DNA of 64,000 nt from Xanthobacteraceae bacterium (GCA_035556495.1 DATMEW010000123.1:11137-75136), one strand, 5' to 3'. Positions 21,448 to 31,813 are shown, numbered from the stretch's first letter. Translations and numbers: made by a program. Notes: generated from the letters alone by a model not told the origin.

Positions 21448-22068
21448 TCAGCGCGAGCTTGCGGTGGCGACTTCCGGACGGCTGTCGCCGAGCGAGACCC
21501 ACACATTCTGGTCGGTCTGCGACTGCCGCTTCACGTAACGATAGCCGGTGTCGGACCACAGCAGGATTTCGTCGTTCTGGTTGTCGAGAATGAACTCGCC
21601 CTTGTCGGTGCGCACGGTGAGCACGGCATGGCCGTCGCCCCGAGTGTCGCGCACCACGGTGATGAGCAGCGCCTCGCGCGGCCAGCCGGCCTGGATCAGC
21701 ATCTTGCGCTTGAGCAGGACATAGTCCTCGCAATCGCCATAGCCATCGTCCGGATAGGACCACTTCTCGACCGTGTTCCAGTGCTCCAGGTCGGTCATGG
21801 GCTTCACGTTGGTGTTGACCCAGGCGTTGATGCTGGAGAGATCCCGCCAGGCTTTCTTCGTCAGCACCACGTCGCGCGCGGCGGTGCGGCCGGCGGTGCA
21901 TTCGCTGCGATTCTCGGCGCAGAATTCCACCCAGCCGATCGGCGCCCGCGAGGCTTCCCCGACCGCCACATAGAGCGGCCGTTCCGCCGCCGCCGGCGCG
22001 ATGAAGGCGATGAGCAGCGCCAGTGCGCCGCCCCATCTCATCGCCAGGCTTTTGCCCGTTGTTGTCAT
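21448..22068 (-). CDS. Bacterial transglutaminase-like cysteine proteinase (BTLCP, LapG-like), secreted
   Basis: Signal peptide. The YGDCEDYVLLKR (catalytic Cys) ... GHAVL ... ILDNQ pattern is typical of peptidase C93. Confidence 0.85.
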   Translation of the reverse strand: MTTTGKSLAMRWGGALALLIAFIAPAAAERPLYVAVGEASRAPIGWVEFCAENRSECTAGRTAARDVVLTKKAWRDLSSINAWVNTNVKPMTDLEHWNTVEKWSYPDDGYGDCEDYVLLKRKMLIQAGWPREALLITVVRDTRGDGHAVLTVRTDKGEFILDNQNDEILLWSDTGYRYVKRQSQTDQNVWVSLGDSRPEVATASSR

Positions 22069-22242
22069 TATACGCCCCAGTCCCGTTTGACTGGAGCAAT
22101 GTGGCAGGGATGCTTTGAGTTGCCGCTAAGTCGCCATAGTTGTTTTGAGCAATGCTTGAGTAAAACCGGAAACCATTTGCGCGATTACTTTGAATAGAAT
22201 TTGATTCAAATTTTACGCATCGGTTTTAGGCGCGCAGCCCGG

Positions 22243-22275
22243 TGCCAAAACCAAAAGGCCCGCATGGCGGGCCTT
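22243..22275 (-). terminator. Intrinsic terminator downstream of the PilZ gene
   Basis: Minus-strand AAGGCCCGC-loop-GCGGGCCTT followed by TTGGTTTTGG. Confidence 0.6.
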
Positions 22276-22399
22276 GGACGGGACGGACGGGGAGAGGGGC
22301 TTTAAGTTCTGCGCCGGAAAGGTCCATGCGGCATGGCGTTTCGGGGCGAAACGGCGCGGGGAAATCCCGCGGATGGCGCGCGTATGGCGACCGGCGCGG

Positions 22400-23056
22400 T
22401 TACGTTTCGGTCACGCTGTCTTCGACAAAGTCCGGATGCTGAAGCCGCGTGAACTCCACCGCGATGCCTTCCTCCAGATGGCGGACGACACGGGCGGGCA
22501 CTTTGCCGAGACTCACCAGCATGCCGATCTCCGGCCGGATGGTGACGGCGAGGGCGGCGCCGGAAAGCGACAGGTCGATCAGCCGGCCCGTGATCTGCTG
22601 GCCATCCGCAAGCGTGAGCCGCGCCGCGGTTCTTCCCGGCATGGTGCGGTCGTGGCGGCGATCTTCCGGAAGATCGAGGATTTCCCGGTTGGCGAGCCAG
22701 GTGAGCTGGGCGGCCAGCTTGTCGCGCTTGCGCGGCGTTGCGAGGATCGTCATCGCAAAGCCGTTGTCGATGTGGCGCGCGATGCGCCCTTCGAGACGGC
22801 CGAGGTGATCGACATAGGCGATCACCCGCTCGCCGATCTCCCCGATGACCGGCGCGATGATGGCCAGTCCGCCGGGAGAGATGTCACGCACCTGACAGGG
22901 GAATTCGCGGCGATCCTGCAACATGTAGCGGCCGAGCAGGTTCACCGCCACGCGCTGGTGACGGCGGCGCTCGCTCGGTGAGCTTGATGTGACAGGGGCT
23001 TTTTGCGCGAAGGTCATGCGTAACCGCTGCCTGGGAGTGTTCCGCTTGGCGAACAC
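22400..23056 (-). CDS. PilZ domain protein (two PilZ-like halves)
   Basis: RRRHQRV...DISPGGLAI (RxxxR / D-x-S-x-x-G) and a second DLSLSGAAL motif. Confidence 0.75.
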   Translation of the reverse strand: MFAKRNTPRQRLRMTFAQKAPVTSSSPSERRRHQRVAVNLLGRYMLQDRREFPCQVRDISPGGLAIIAPVIGEIGERVIAYVDHLGRLEGRIARHIDNGFAMTILATPRKRDKLAAQLTWLANREILDLPEDRRHDRTMPGRTAARLTLADGQQITGRLIDLSLSGAALAVTIRPEIGMLVSLGKVPARVVRHLEEGIAVEFTRLQHPDFVEDSVTET

Positions 23057-23114
23057 CCTAAGGCTGCATTGTTAACGGTGTGTTTAACGGTGTCATGACC
23101 GTTAACTTTATCGC

Positions 23115-23810
23115 TCAGGTTTGTCGTCCCCCATCATAAACGATGAAATTGCGCCGCCGCCGGTCGCTGTCGCCGGGGGGCGGGGGCGGGAGCCGGTCTT
23201 GGGCAAAGCGCCTCTTGAGGTGCAGCGCGGGTCCCGTGAGGATTCGCTCGAACGGGCGCGGCTGGGGGCCGATGGCGAAGAGCGGCCGTCGCGGGTCGAT
23301 ATGAGCGCCCACGAAACGGAAGCCCTCAAGCATCAACTGCGATGCCGGCCGCGCGCCGGACCAGTAAGGCACGGGGCCGGAAATGGCCAGCGCGCCCAGC
23401 ATGCGGCTGCCGACATGGCCGTCGTGGCGCAGCGGAAGCAGAAGAAACTCGACATGTGCCGTGCCGCCGCCGGCGGCTGGCGCTTCACTTGCCGCCGCGG
23501 TGGCGGCCCCGACCACGCCGACGCGGTCCTCGGCCACCGAGGCCAGCATGACATCCAGCTCCTCGCGGCTGGCGGTGTGCCAGAGCCGGACGAAATCCTC
23601 GCCCTTGAGTTCACGGCAGAACAGCGCACAGACGCGGGTGCCGGCGAGCCTGAACAGCGCCGGCCGGCCCGGGCCGCCGGCGAGGATGAAGGTATCCGCC
23701 AGCGCGCTCCGGATTGCGCCGGGATCGATCGCGTCCCGGTCGGGTGCGGCCTGCGAGCCGCGCTGCCGATCCCAGTGGTCGAAGACCTGGCGGATGGCCG
23801 GATGTCTCAT
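23115..23810 (-). CDS. PAS_5 (DUF1457) domain protein
   Basis: FDHWDRQRGSQAAPDRDAIDPGAIRSALADTFIL...FRLAGTRVCALF pattern; ATG at 23810. Confidence 0.65.
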   Translation of the reverse strand: MRHPAIRQVFDHWDRQRGSQAAPDRDAIDPGAIRSALADTFILAGGPGRPALFRLAGTRVCALFCRELKGEDFVRLWHTASREELDVMLASVAEDRVGVVGAATAAASEAPAAGGGTAHVEFLLLPLRHDGHVGSRMLGALAISGPVPYWSGARPASQLMLEGFRFVGAHIDPRRPLFAIGPQPRPFERILTGPALHLKRRFAQDRLPPPPPGDSDRRRRNFIVYDGGRQT

Positions 23811-24036
23811 CTCCACGCCGTGTCCCTGTTGTCGCGCGCCGGCGCAGAATCCGTCCCCCGATGGGACGACTCGGCAGCGGCCACGTCTCATGACAGGGAC
23901 AGAGCAGGCGGCGTGCCTTGACAACCGCAGGGGATCGACCGTCCCCGGTTACGTTTAGGTAAGGTTAACAAATCTGATCCAGGGCGGCTGGGCGCTTGCT
24001 CCGCTGCGGCATCCGCTTTATGTCGCGGCCAGCCAA

Positions 24037-24795
24037 TTGCGGAAGAGCCCGGTGGAACCGACCAGACCTGCCGTTTCGGGACGTGAGCCCGTTCTGAACG
24101 TTCCGGCGGTGATTCTGGCCCTCATCCTGGCCTTTGTCGCCGTCCATGTGCTGTTCTGGATGGTCCTGCCGGAGCGGGAGGCCACGGCCTTTCTGCTCCG
24201 CTTTGCCTTCATTCCGGCCCGCTACGATCCTGCCGCGATCCCGAGCGGCATCCTTCCGGGCGGCAGCGGTGCTGATATCTGGACTTTCGTCACTTACGCT
24301 TTCCTGCACGCCGACTTCAGCCATCTCTTCTTCAATTCCGTCTGGCTGCTGGCTTTCGGTTCTCCCGTGGCGCGGCGCTTCGGAACGCAGCGGTTTCTGG
24401 TTTTCTTCGCGGTGACGGCGGCGGCCGGCGCGGCGCTGCATCTCGCGGTCCACCCCGGGGATTTCGTTCCGGTGGTCGGGGCGTCGGCCGCTATCTCGGG
24501 CGCGATGGCGGCGGCGCTGCGGTTCGTCTTCCATGGCGGGGGTCCGCTCGGCCTGCTGCGGCCGGGCCTGGATGGCGGCTCCTATGCGGTTCCGGCGCAG
24601 CCCTTGCGGGAGAATCTGCGCGACAGTCGCGTGCTGCTGTTCGTGACGGTCTGGTTCGGCGTCAACATCGTGTTCGGTCTGGGCGGCATCGGCGTGCAGG
24701 AAGAAGGTCAGACGGTCGCGTGGATCGCCCATATCGGTGGTTTTGCGGCGGGACTTCTACTATTCCCGATGTTCGATCCCGTCGGCCGCGATTGA
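24037..24795 (+). CDS. Rhomboid-family intramembrane serine protease
   Basis: YAFLHADFSHLFFN, GASAAISG (catalytic Ser) and HIGGFAAG (catalytic His) motifs. Confidence 0.85.
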   Translation: MRKSPVEPTRPAVSGREPVLNVPAVILALILAFVAVHVLFWMVLPEREATAFLLRFAFIPARYDPAAIPSGILPGGSGADIWTFVTYAFLHADFSHLFFNSVWLLAFGSPVARRFGTQRFLVFFAVTAAAGAALHLAVHPGDFVPVVGASAAISGAMAAALRFVFHGGGPLGLLRPGLDGGSYAVPAQPLRENLRDSRVLLFVTVWFGVNIVFGLGGIGVQEEGQTVAWIAHIGGFAAGLLLFPMFDPVGRD

Positions 24796-24946
24796 CGCGC
24801 GCGGAGCGCGGGTTTGGTTCCATTCTGCGGCCTGCGGAATTGCAGGCCAGCATTCGCGCGCATGCATTGGCACGCGCGTGCGTTGTGTTAGCATCCCAAT
24901 CAACTTCCGTATGTTGACGTGAGACGGAAGGACAAGGGAGGCAAAC

Positions 24947-25378
24947 ATGACCGTGAAGGTTATTCTTGGCGAGAAGGGCCGCGATGTTGTGACCATTGCG
25001 CCATCGGCCACTCTTCAGCAGGCCGCTTCGCTCATGACGGCGCGCCGCATCGGAGCGCTTGTCGTGCTCGGCGCCGACCAGCGCGTGGTCGGCATCATCT
25101 CGGAGCGGGACATCGTTACGGAAATCGCTGAGCGGGGCGCGGCAACGCTCGATGAGCCGGTGTCCGGCTGCATGACGCGTGAAGTCATCACGGTCTCGGA
25201 GACCCTTGCGACGGAAGAACTGATGGAGGTCATGACGCAGCGCAAGGTGCGCCATCTGCCGGTTCTCGAACACGAACGGCTGGTGGGGATCATCTCCATC
25301 GGAGACGTCGTCAAGCGGCGCGTCACCGATATGGAGCAGGAATCCGCCGCGCTACAGGCTTACATCCGCTCCGCCTGA
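24947..25378 (+). CDS. CBS-domain pair protein
   Basis: Two CBS repeats (IGALVVL...GIISERDIV; VRHLPVLE...GIISIGDVV). Confidence 0.85.
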   Translation: MTVKVILGEKGRDVVTIAPSATLQQAASLMTARRIGALVVLGADQRVVGIISERDIVTEIAERGAATLDEPVSGCMTREVITVSETLATEELMEVMTQRKVRHLPVLEHERLVGIISIGDVVKRRVTDMEQESAALQAYIRSA

Positions 25379-25702
25379 GACGGATCGTGGACGGGCGGCC
25401 CGGCTACCCGTCCACAAGCTTTGACCGATGCGGCTTGCGGTAGCAACCGCGATGCGCCGAAGCCTCGGCTTTGATGGAAACATCGAATGATGATTGAAGC
25501 ATCGAAGCAAGCCGGGGCTTTATTTCTTCGGTTTATTTCTTTGCAGCGTTTTCCTGACGCGATCCGCCTTGCTTCAAAGCGTTAGCGCTGTTCGCGGCAG
25601 CCGGCCACGAAAGTCGATCTCGCGAGAGCCGATCTTGCGAGCGGACGATCACCGAAGCCGGTGCTCGCGCGGGCCATGCTCACCCAGGCGCTTCTCAATG
25701 GG

Positions 25703-26695
25703 TCACCCAAGAGCTTCCATGGCCTGGGTGATGGCTTCCATCGCGCGCTCGGTCGCTTCGGCGCCCTGGGCGATGGCCTCTTCGGCGCGGTTGAACTCGA
25801 ACATCGCGATGGGGCCGAGGCGCGGCTGGATCATGATGTCCGGCGGATCGCCGGCGAGGCGCGCGCGCGTGATGCGATCCTGCATCACGTTATAGGCGTC
25901 GATCATCACCGCCGGGATTCCGGGTGAGCCGTCGCGGCTGAAGAATTTCCGCTTGATGAACCGTTCCACATTCACGATGCCGCGCCAGCCTGCGGGCTCG
26001 GGCTCGGGCTCGATATCGGAGACGTTGTCGGCTGGCTCGTCCTCGCCATAGGCGGCGAGGGTCCCGCCGCGGCCGATCAGGTCCGCGTTGAGATTGACGG
26101 CGATCATCAGCCGCGCATCGAGCGAGCGACCGGCCGAGATCGGAACCGGGTTGACCAGCGCGCCATCCACCAGCCAGCGGTCGGCGATGCGCACAGGCGA
26201 GAAGATGCCCGGCAGGGCATAGGAGGCCCGCAGGGCATCGACCAGCCGTCCGCGTGTCAGCCAGACCTCGTGGCCGGTTTCGAGTTCTGTGGCGACGGCT
26301 GCGAAACGGACCGGCAGCTTCTCGATGCGGATGTCGCCGAGACCGGCCTCCAGATGCCGGAGCAGCCGCTGGCCGCTGATGAGGCTGGAGCCGGAAAAGC
26401 TGACGTCGAGATACTGGATGATGTTGCGGCGGGTGAGCGAGCGCGCCCACTGCTCCAGCGCATCGAGCTGGCCCGCCGCGTAGCAGCCGCCGACCACCGC
26501 GCCGATGGAGGTGCCGGTGATCACATCAGGCTTGATGCCGTTGGCGACGAGAGTCCGGATGACGCCGATATGGGCGAAGCCGCGCGCCGCCCCGCCGCCG
26601 AGCGCAAGGCCGATGCTTGGCCGACGCGGCGTTGCCGTTTGCGAAGCCTCCACGGCTCGATCGCCCCGGACATGGCCGAGAAAGCTACCCAACAA
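25703..26695 (-). CDS. Patatin-like phospholipase
   Basis: GGGAARG oxyanion motif, GTSIG nucleophile, DGALVNPVP; start codon uncertain (TTG at 26695). Confidence 0.85.
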   Translation of the reverse strand: MLGSFLGHVRGDRAVEASQTATPRRPSIGLALGGGAARGFAHIGVIRTLVANGIKPDVITGTSIGAVVGGCYAAGQLDALEQWARSLTRRNIIQYLDVSFSGSSLISGQRLLRHLEAGLGDIRIEKLPVRFAAVATELETGHEVWLTRGRLVDALRASYALPGIFSPVRIADRWLVDGALVNPVPISAGRSLDARLMIAVNLNADLIGRGGTLAAYGEDEPADNVSDIEPEPEPAGWRGIVNVERFIKRKFFSRDGSPGIPAVMIDAYNVMQDRITRARLAGDPPDIMIQPRLGPIAMFEFNRAEEAIAQGAEATERAMEAITQAMEALG

Positions 26696-26868
26696 GACCC
26701 CATATCCTCCGTGTCTGCATCATCGGTTCCAAGACATGACGAGACAAGGGCCTGTTCTATACATGTTGACGCGGGCAGCCATCGCCTTAACGCATGGACG
26801 GGCGGTTGTCCGGATTGCGGCGCTTTTCGCGGCTTGAAATCGCCGCGATTCCGGAACACAACCCGCCC

Positions 26869-27909
26869 ATGATCGCAAAGGCTGCCCTCTGTCGCCCCAT
26901 GTCGCTGGCGGCGCTGACACTTGCCTTGGCCACGGGTGTCCTGCCGGCCCTTGCGCAGATGGGGCCGGGCGGCGCCGCGGCCTTTACGGGCGCGCCCTCC
27001 GGTGGCGCTCCGGGGTTCAGCCCGGACTCGCCGATCCAGAATCTTGCTCCGCCGGCCGGCGTGCTGGCTCCGGCGCCGCTTCAGCCGCCTCAGTTTCCCG
27101 ATGCGCCCCCGCAGCAGGCGTTGCCGCCGGTGCCGAGCGGGCAGGGCATGCTGACCATGGCCGCCCGTTTCGGCCGCGACCAGCCGACCATCACCGGCGG
27201 GCTGGTCTGGCGGATCTATGACGGCCGGGCCGAGCCGAACGGCAGCTTCAAGCTCATTCGGGAAGAAAAAGCGGCCGCGCCTTCGCTGGCACTGCCGCCG
27301 GGCAGCTATTTCGTGCATGTGGCGCTCGGGCTCGCCAACACCGCCAAGCCCGTGCAGGTGCGCGCCAACGAGCAGATTCGGGAAACCTTCGACGTGCCGG
27401 CCGGCGCTCTGCGTATCGAGGGCCGCGTGGGCGACGTTAAAATCCCGGAGAACCAGATTTCATTCGATCTCTATCAGGGCAGCCAGTTCGACGGCACCGA
27501 CAGCTACGACCGGCGGCCGCTGGCGCAGAACATGTCTTCCGGAGATGTGGTGCCGTTGCCGGAGGGGACCTATTACATCGTCTCCAACTATGGCGACGGC
27601 AACTCCGTCGTGCGTTCCGATATCCGGGTCCAGATCGGACGGCTCACCGACATCACCGTCACCCATCGCGCGGCGGTGATCACGCTCAAGCTGGTCGGCC
27701 AGAGCGGCGGCGAGGCGCTCGCGAATACCGCATGGTCCGTCATCACGCCCGGCGGCGACGTCATCAAGGAAGCCATCGGCGCCTTTCCGCGCTTCGTGCT
27801 GGCGGAGGGTGAATACCGCGCCCTTGCCCGCAACGAGGGCAAGATGTTCGAGCATGAATTCCGCGTCATCACCGGTGTCGATGGCGAGGTCGAGGTGCTG
27901 GCGCGTTAG
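26869..27909 (+). CDS. Secreted protein: Pro-rich linker followed by three tandem ~90-100-aa beta-rich repeats
   Basis: Signal peptide MIAKAALCRPMSLAALTLALATGVLPALA; internal repeats described in the findings. Confidence 0.5.
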   Translation: MIAKAALCRPMSLAALTLALATGVLPALAQMGPGGAAAFTGAPSGGAPGFSPDSPIQNLAPPAGVLAPAPLQPPQFPDAPPQQALPPVPSGQGMLTMAARFGRDQPTITGGLVWRIYDGRAEPNGSFKLIREEKAAAPSLALPPGSYFVHVALGLANTAKPVQVRANEQIRETFDVPAGALRIEGRVGDVKIPENQISFDLYQGSQFDGTDSYDRRPLAQNMSSGDVVPLPEGTYYIVSNYGDGNSVVRSDIRVQIGRLTDITVTHRAAVITLKLVGQSGGEALANTAWSVITPGGDVIKEAIGAFPRFVLAEGEYRALARNEGKMFEHEFRVITGVDGEVEVLAR

Positions 27910-27948
27910 TGTTGATGCCGCAGCGCCGCAGCGCGGGGTTGCGCCCGT

Positions 27949-29256
27949 TCAGACCCCGCCTGCCTTTCCCGTATTTGCATTCGTCGCCAGCGGCAGGAAC
28001 ATCAGCGCCACCAGCGTGATGACCGCCGAGACGGCGATATAGGCGCCGACGGCGCCGGCGCCGTAGGTCGAGGCGAGCCAGGTCGCGATATATGGCGCGA
28101 GCGAAGCGCCGAGAATGCCGGCCAGATTGAACGTCATCGACGAGCCGGTATAGCGCAACGCGGTTGGGAAGGGAGCGGAGAGCACCGTGCCGAGCGGCGC
28201 ATAGGTCAGGCCCATGGCGGCGAAGCCGAGAACGAGGAAGGCGAGAATGCCCGGCGTGCCGCCGTTCTGCAGCGCGCTGGTCCCGAGGCCCAGCAGCAGG
28301 ATCGCCACCGTGGCGACGATCATGGCCTGGCGCAGGCCGATACGATCTGCAAAGCCGCTGGAGAAAGGCATTGTCAGCGCGAAGAACACGACGCCGACCA
28401 TCTGGAGGATCAGGAACTGCTCGCGGCTGTATCCCAGTTCGCGCGTGCCCCAGCTCAGCGAGAACACCGTCATGATGTAGAACAGCATGAAAGTGGCCAG
28501 CGCCGCGAATGTACCCAGCACCAGGCTCAGCTTGTAGTTCTTCAGCAGCACCAGCAGCGGCACCGCGACCCGTTCCGCCTTTGCCATGGCAGCGACGAAT
28601 TCCGGCGTCTCCGAGATGCGCAGCCGGATCAGCAGGCCGACGACCACGAGAACGAGGCTGGCGACGAAGGGAATGCGCCAGCCGAAGCTCATGAAATCCG
28701 CCTCCGACATCGTTTCGGTCAGGATCAGGAACGTGCCGGTGGCGAGCAGGAAGCCGGCCGGCGCGCCGAGCTGGGGAAACATGCCGTACCAGGACCGCTT
28801 GCCGGCCGGCGCATTCTCCGTCGCCAGCAGGATCGCGCCGCTCCATTCGCCGCCGAGACCGAAACCCTGTCCGAACCGGCATAGCGCCAGCAGCAGCGGG
28901 GCGAGCACGCCCACGGAATGATAGGTCGGTAGCAGGCCGATGGTCACGGTGGAGATGCCCATGACCATCAGCGAGGCGACGAGCGTGGCCTTGCGGCCGA
29001 CGATGTCGCCGAAATGGCCGAACACCGCCGCGCCGAAGGGGCGGGCGAAAAAGGCGATGGAGAAGGTCGCGAAGGATTGCAGCAGCGCCGTGGTGGAATC
29101 GCCGGCAGCGAAGAATAGATGGGGAAAGACGAGAACGGCTGCGGTCGCGTAGATATAGAAATCGAAGAATTCGATGGTCGTGCCGATCATGCTCGCGACG
29201 AGCACGCGGCGCTTGGAATTGCCGCGCGGAGTGGCATCGTTGGTCATCGGCATCAT
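27949..29256 (-). CDS. MFS transporter, metabolite:H+ symporter (MHS) family
   Basis: SMIGTTIEFFDFYIY and GHFGDIVGRK motifs, 12 TM segments; the start may be 29277/29256/29247. Confidence 0.85.
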   Translation of the reverse strand: MMPMTNDATPRGNSKRRVLVASMIGTTIEFFDFYIYATAAVLVFPHLFFAAGDSTTALLQSFATFSIAFFARPFGAAVFGHFGDIVGRKATLVASLMVMGISTVTIGLLPTYHSVGVLAPLLLALCRFGQGFGLGGEWSGAILLATENAPAGKRSWYGMFPQLGAPAGFLLATGTFLILTETMSEADFMSFGWRIPFVASLVLVVVGLLIRLRISETPEFVAAMAKAERVAVPLLVLLKNYKLSLVLGTFAALATFMLFYIMTVFSLSWGTRELGYSREQFLILQMVGVVFFALTMPFSSGFADRIGLRQAMIVATVAILLLGLGTSALQNGGTPGILAFLVLGFAAMGLTYAPLGTVLSAPFPTALRYTGSSMTFNLAGILGASLAPYIATWLASTYGAGAVGAYIAVSAVITLVALMFLPLATNANTGKAGGV

Positions 29257-29320
29257 CCGAAAGTTGCGAATATTCACCTTACAACTAGCGCCGAAACCTT
29301 TCGTCTTTGTTCCTGCCTCA

Positions 29321-29349
29321 GGAAAACGCCGGCCGCGAGGGCCGGCGTT
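29321..29349 (-). terminator. Putative thrS terminator
   Basis: AACGCCGGCC-N5-GGCCGGCGTT followed by TTTCC on the minus strand. Confidence 0.45.
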
Positions 29350-29373
29350 GGAGGATGACCTGTCGGGGCGGAC

Positions 29374-31350
29374 TCAGGGGAGGCTCGCGGCCTTCTTCCG
29401 CTTCAGGTCGGGCGGCAGGGCTTCCTCGGTGAGGGCCGCCAGCGCCTCGTCGAGGCCCATGACCTGCTGGCCCTGATGCCCGAGGCGGCGAATGGAGACG
29501 GCGCGGTCCGTTGCTTCCTTGCGGCCGACCACGAGCAGCGCCGGCACCTTGGCGAGCGAATGTTCGCGGACCTTGTAGTTGATCTTCTCGTTGCGCAAGT
29601 CGAGTTCGACACGCAGGCCACGCGCCGCCGCCAGCGCCGCGACTTCCCGGGCATAGTCGTCGCCATCGGACGTGATGGTGCAGACCACGGCCTGGACCGG
29701 CGCGAGCCATAGCGGGAAGTGCCCTGCGAAATGCTCGATCACGATGCCGATGAAGCGTTCGATGGAGCCGCAAATGGCGCGGTGGATCATCACCGGCATC
29801 TTCTTGTCGCTGTCGCTGTCGATATAGAACGCGCCGAACCGCTCCGGCAGGTTGAAGTCCACCTGCGTGGTGCCGCACTGCCAGTCGCGGCCGATGGCGT
29901 CGCGCAGCACGTATTCGAACTTGGGTCCGTAGAACGCGCCTTCGCCGGGATTGATCTCGGTGCGGATCTGATTGCCGCCCTTGGCGGCGATCTGCTCCAG
30001 CACCTCGCCCATGATGGTTTCGGCATGGTCCCATGCGGCGTCGGAACCGACGCGCTTCTCCGGCCGGGTCGAGAGCTTGATCGTCAATTCGCCGTCGAAG
30101 CCGAAATCGGAATAGGCCGAGAGGATCAGGTCGTTGATCTTCAGGCACTCCTCCGCCATCTGCTCCTCGGTGCAGAAGATATGAGCATCGTCCTGGGTGA
30201 AGCCGCGCACGCGCATGAGGCCGTGCATCGCGCCGGAGGGTTCGTAGCGATGCACGACGCCGAATTCGGCGAGGCGCAGCGGCAGGTCGCGATAGCTCTT
30301 GAGACCATGCTTGAAAATCTGCACATGGCCGGGACAGTTCATCGGCTTGAGCACGAACCAGCGCTTGTCCTCGGCATCGTCGCCGGCGGACTGTGCGGCA
30401 AACATATTCTCGCGATACCACTGCCAGTGGCCTGAGGTTTCCCACAGCACGCTGTCGAGGATCTGCGGCGCGTTCACCTCGCTGTATTCGCCCGTCAGGC
30501 GGCGGCGCATATAGGCGATGACCTCCTGGAAGATGGTCCAGCCTTTGGCGTGCCAGAAGACGACGCCGGGGCCTTCCTCCTGGAAGTGAAACAGGTCCAT
30601 CTCGCGGCCGAGGCGGCGGTGGTCGCGCTTCTCGGCTTCCTCAAGCTGTTTGAGATGCGCGTCGAGCTGCTCCTGCTTCGCGAAGGCGGTGCCGTAGATG
30701 CGGGTCAGCATCGGGTTGGCGGCGTCGCCGCGCCAATAGGCGCCGGCCACCTTCATCAGCTTGAAGGCGTTGCCGACCTTGCCGGTCGAGGTCATATGCG
30801 GGCCGCGGCAGAGGTCGAACCACTCGCCCTGCTTATAGATCTTGATGGTCTGGTCCGCCGGGATGGCGTCGACCAGTTCGACCTTGAAGGCTTCGCCCTT
30901 CTCGGCAAAGACGCGCTTGGTTTCTTCGCGGGACCAGATTTCCTTGGTGAAGGGTGCATCGCGCGCGATGATCTCGCGCATCTTCTTCTCGATGGCGTCG
31001 AAATCGTCGGGCGTGAATGGCTCGTTGCGGAAGAAATCGTAGAAGAAGCCGTTCTCGATCACCGGGCCGATGGTGACTTGCGTGCCCGGCCACAGGGTCT
31101 GCACGGCCTCGGCCAGCACATGGGCGCAGTCGTGCCGGATCAGTTCCAGCGCGCGGGGGTCGTCGCGGTTGAGAAACTCGATTTTCGCATCGGCCTCGAT
31201 AGGGTCGGCGAGGTCCGTCACCACGCCGTCCAGCGCCATGGCGACGGTGCGCTTGGCGAGCGAGGGCGAAATGTCCTGCGCAATTTCAAATCCGGTGATG
31301 CCGTTGGGGAAGTCCCGGCGCGCGCCGTCGGGAAAGGTCACTGCGACCAT
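29374..31350 (-). CDS. thrS: Threonine--tRNA ligase
   Basis: TGS domain start ([11 protein letters not shown]), class II motifs, full length 658 aa. Confidence 0.97.
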   Translation of the reverse strand: MVAVTFPDGARRDFPNGITGFEIAQDISPSLAKRTVAMALDGVVTDLADPIEADAKIEFLNRDDPRALELIRHDCAHVLAEAVQTLWPGTQVTIGPVIENGFFYDFFRNEPFTPDDFDAIEKKMREIIARDAPFTKEIWSREETKRVFAEKGEAFKVELVDAIPADQTIKIYKQGEWFDLCRGPHMTSTGKVGNAFKLMKVAGAYWRGDAANPMLTRIYGTAFAKQEQLDAHLKQLEEAEKRDHRRLGREMDLFHFQEEGPGVVFWHAKGWTIFQEVIAYMRRRLTGEYSEVNAPQILDSVLWETSGHWQWYRENMFAAQSAGDDAEDKRWFVLKPMNCPGHVQIFKHGLKSYRDLPLRLAEFGVVHRYEPSGAMHGLMRVRGFTQDDAHIFCTEEQMAEECLKINDLILSAYSDFGFDGELTIKLSTRPEKRVGSDAAWDHAETIMGEVLEQIAAKGGNQIRTEINPGEGAFYGPKFEYVLRDAIGRDWQCGTTQVDFNLPERFGAFYIDSDSDKKMPVMIHRAICGSIERFIGIVIEHFAGHFPLWLAPVQAVVCTITSDGDDYAREVAALAAARGLRVELDLRNEKINYKVREHSLAKVPALLVVGRKEATDRAVSIRRLGHQGQQVMGLDEALAALTEEALPPDLKRKKAASLP

Positions 31351-31456
31351 GCTGATCTCCTCTGCTCACTCGCTGCCTACGAATGCAGGTAAGCGTCGGC
31401 GGCTGGATTAATGGAGCGACAGCGCGGACGCAACACCGCAGGCAAAGGTGGCAGCA

Positions 31457-31813
31457 TCACGCCTCGGCAGGGCCGGCGGGCGGAACCGTATTCACGCCGC
31501 GCCAGCGGGCATAGCGCCAGGGCGTTACGGCGGAGGCGTCCGCCGGCAGGCATTCAGGCACGAAGTCGAGGCCGGACGTGCCCCAGGGATGGCAGCGGCA
31601 GAGCCGGCCCAGTGTCATCCAGCCGCCGGCCCAAAGGCCGTGGCGCTGCAATGCCTCGTCGGCATAGGCCGAGCAGGTCGGCAGATGGCGGCATTCGTAT
31701 CCGATCAGCGGCGAGAGCGTGTATTGATAGACCTTCACTGCGCCGCGCGCCGCCATCCGGGGCCCTTTTTCGGCCGCGCGCCAGAGATGCTCAATAGGAT
31801 TTCCGTCATTCAT
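31457..31813 (-). CDS. yidD: Membrane protein insertion efficiency factor YidD
   Basis: YQYTLSPLIG..CRHLPTCSAYA..A...G...G.....RL.RCHPW motif; the true start may be internal. Confidence 0.85.
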   Translation of the reverse strand: MNDGNPIEHLWRAAEKGPRMAARGAVKVYQYTLSPLIGYECRHLPTCSAYADEALQRHGLWAGGWMTLGRLCRCHPWGTSGLDFVPECLPADASAVTPWRYARWRGVNTVPPAGPAEA

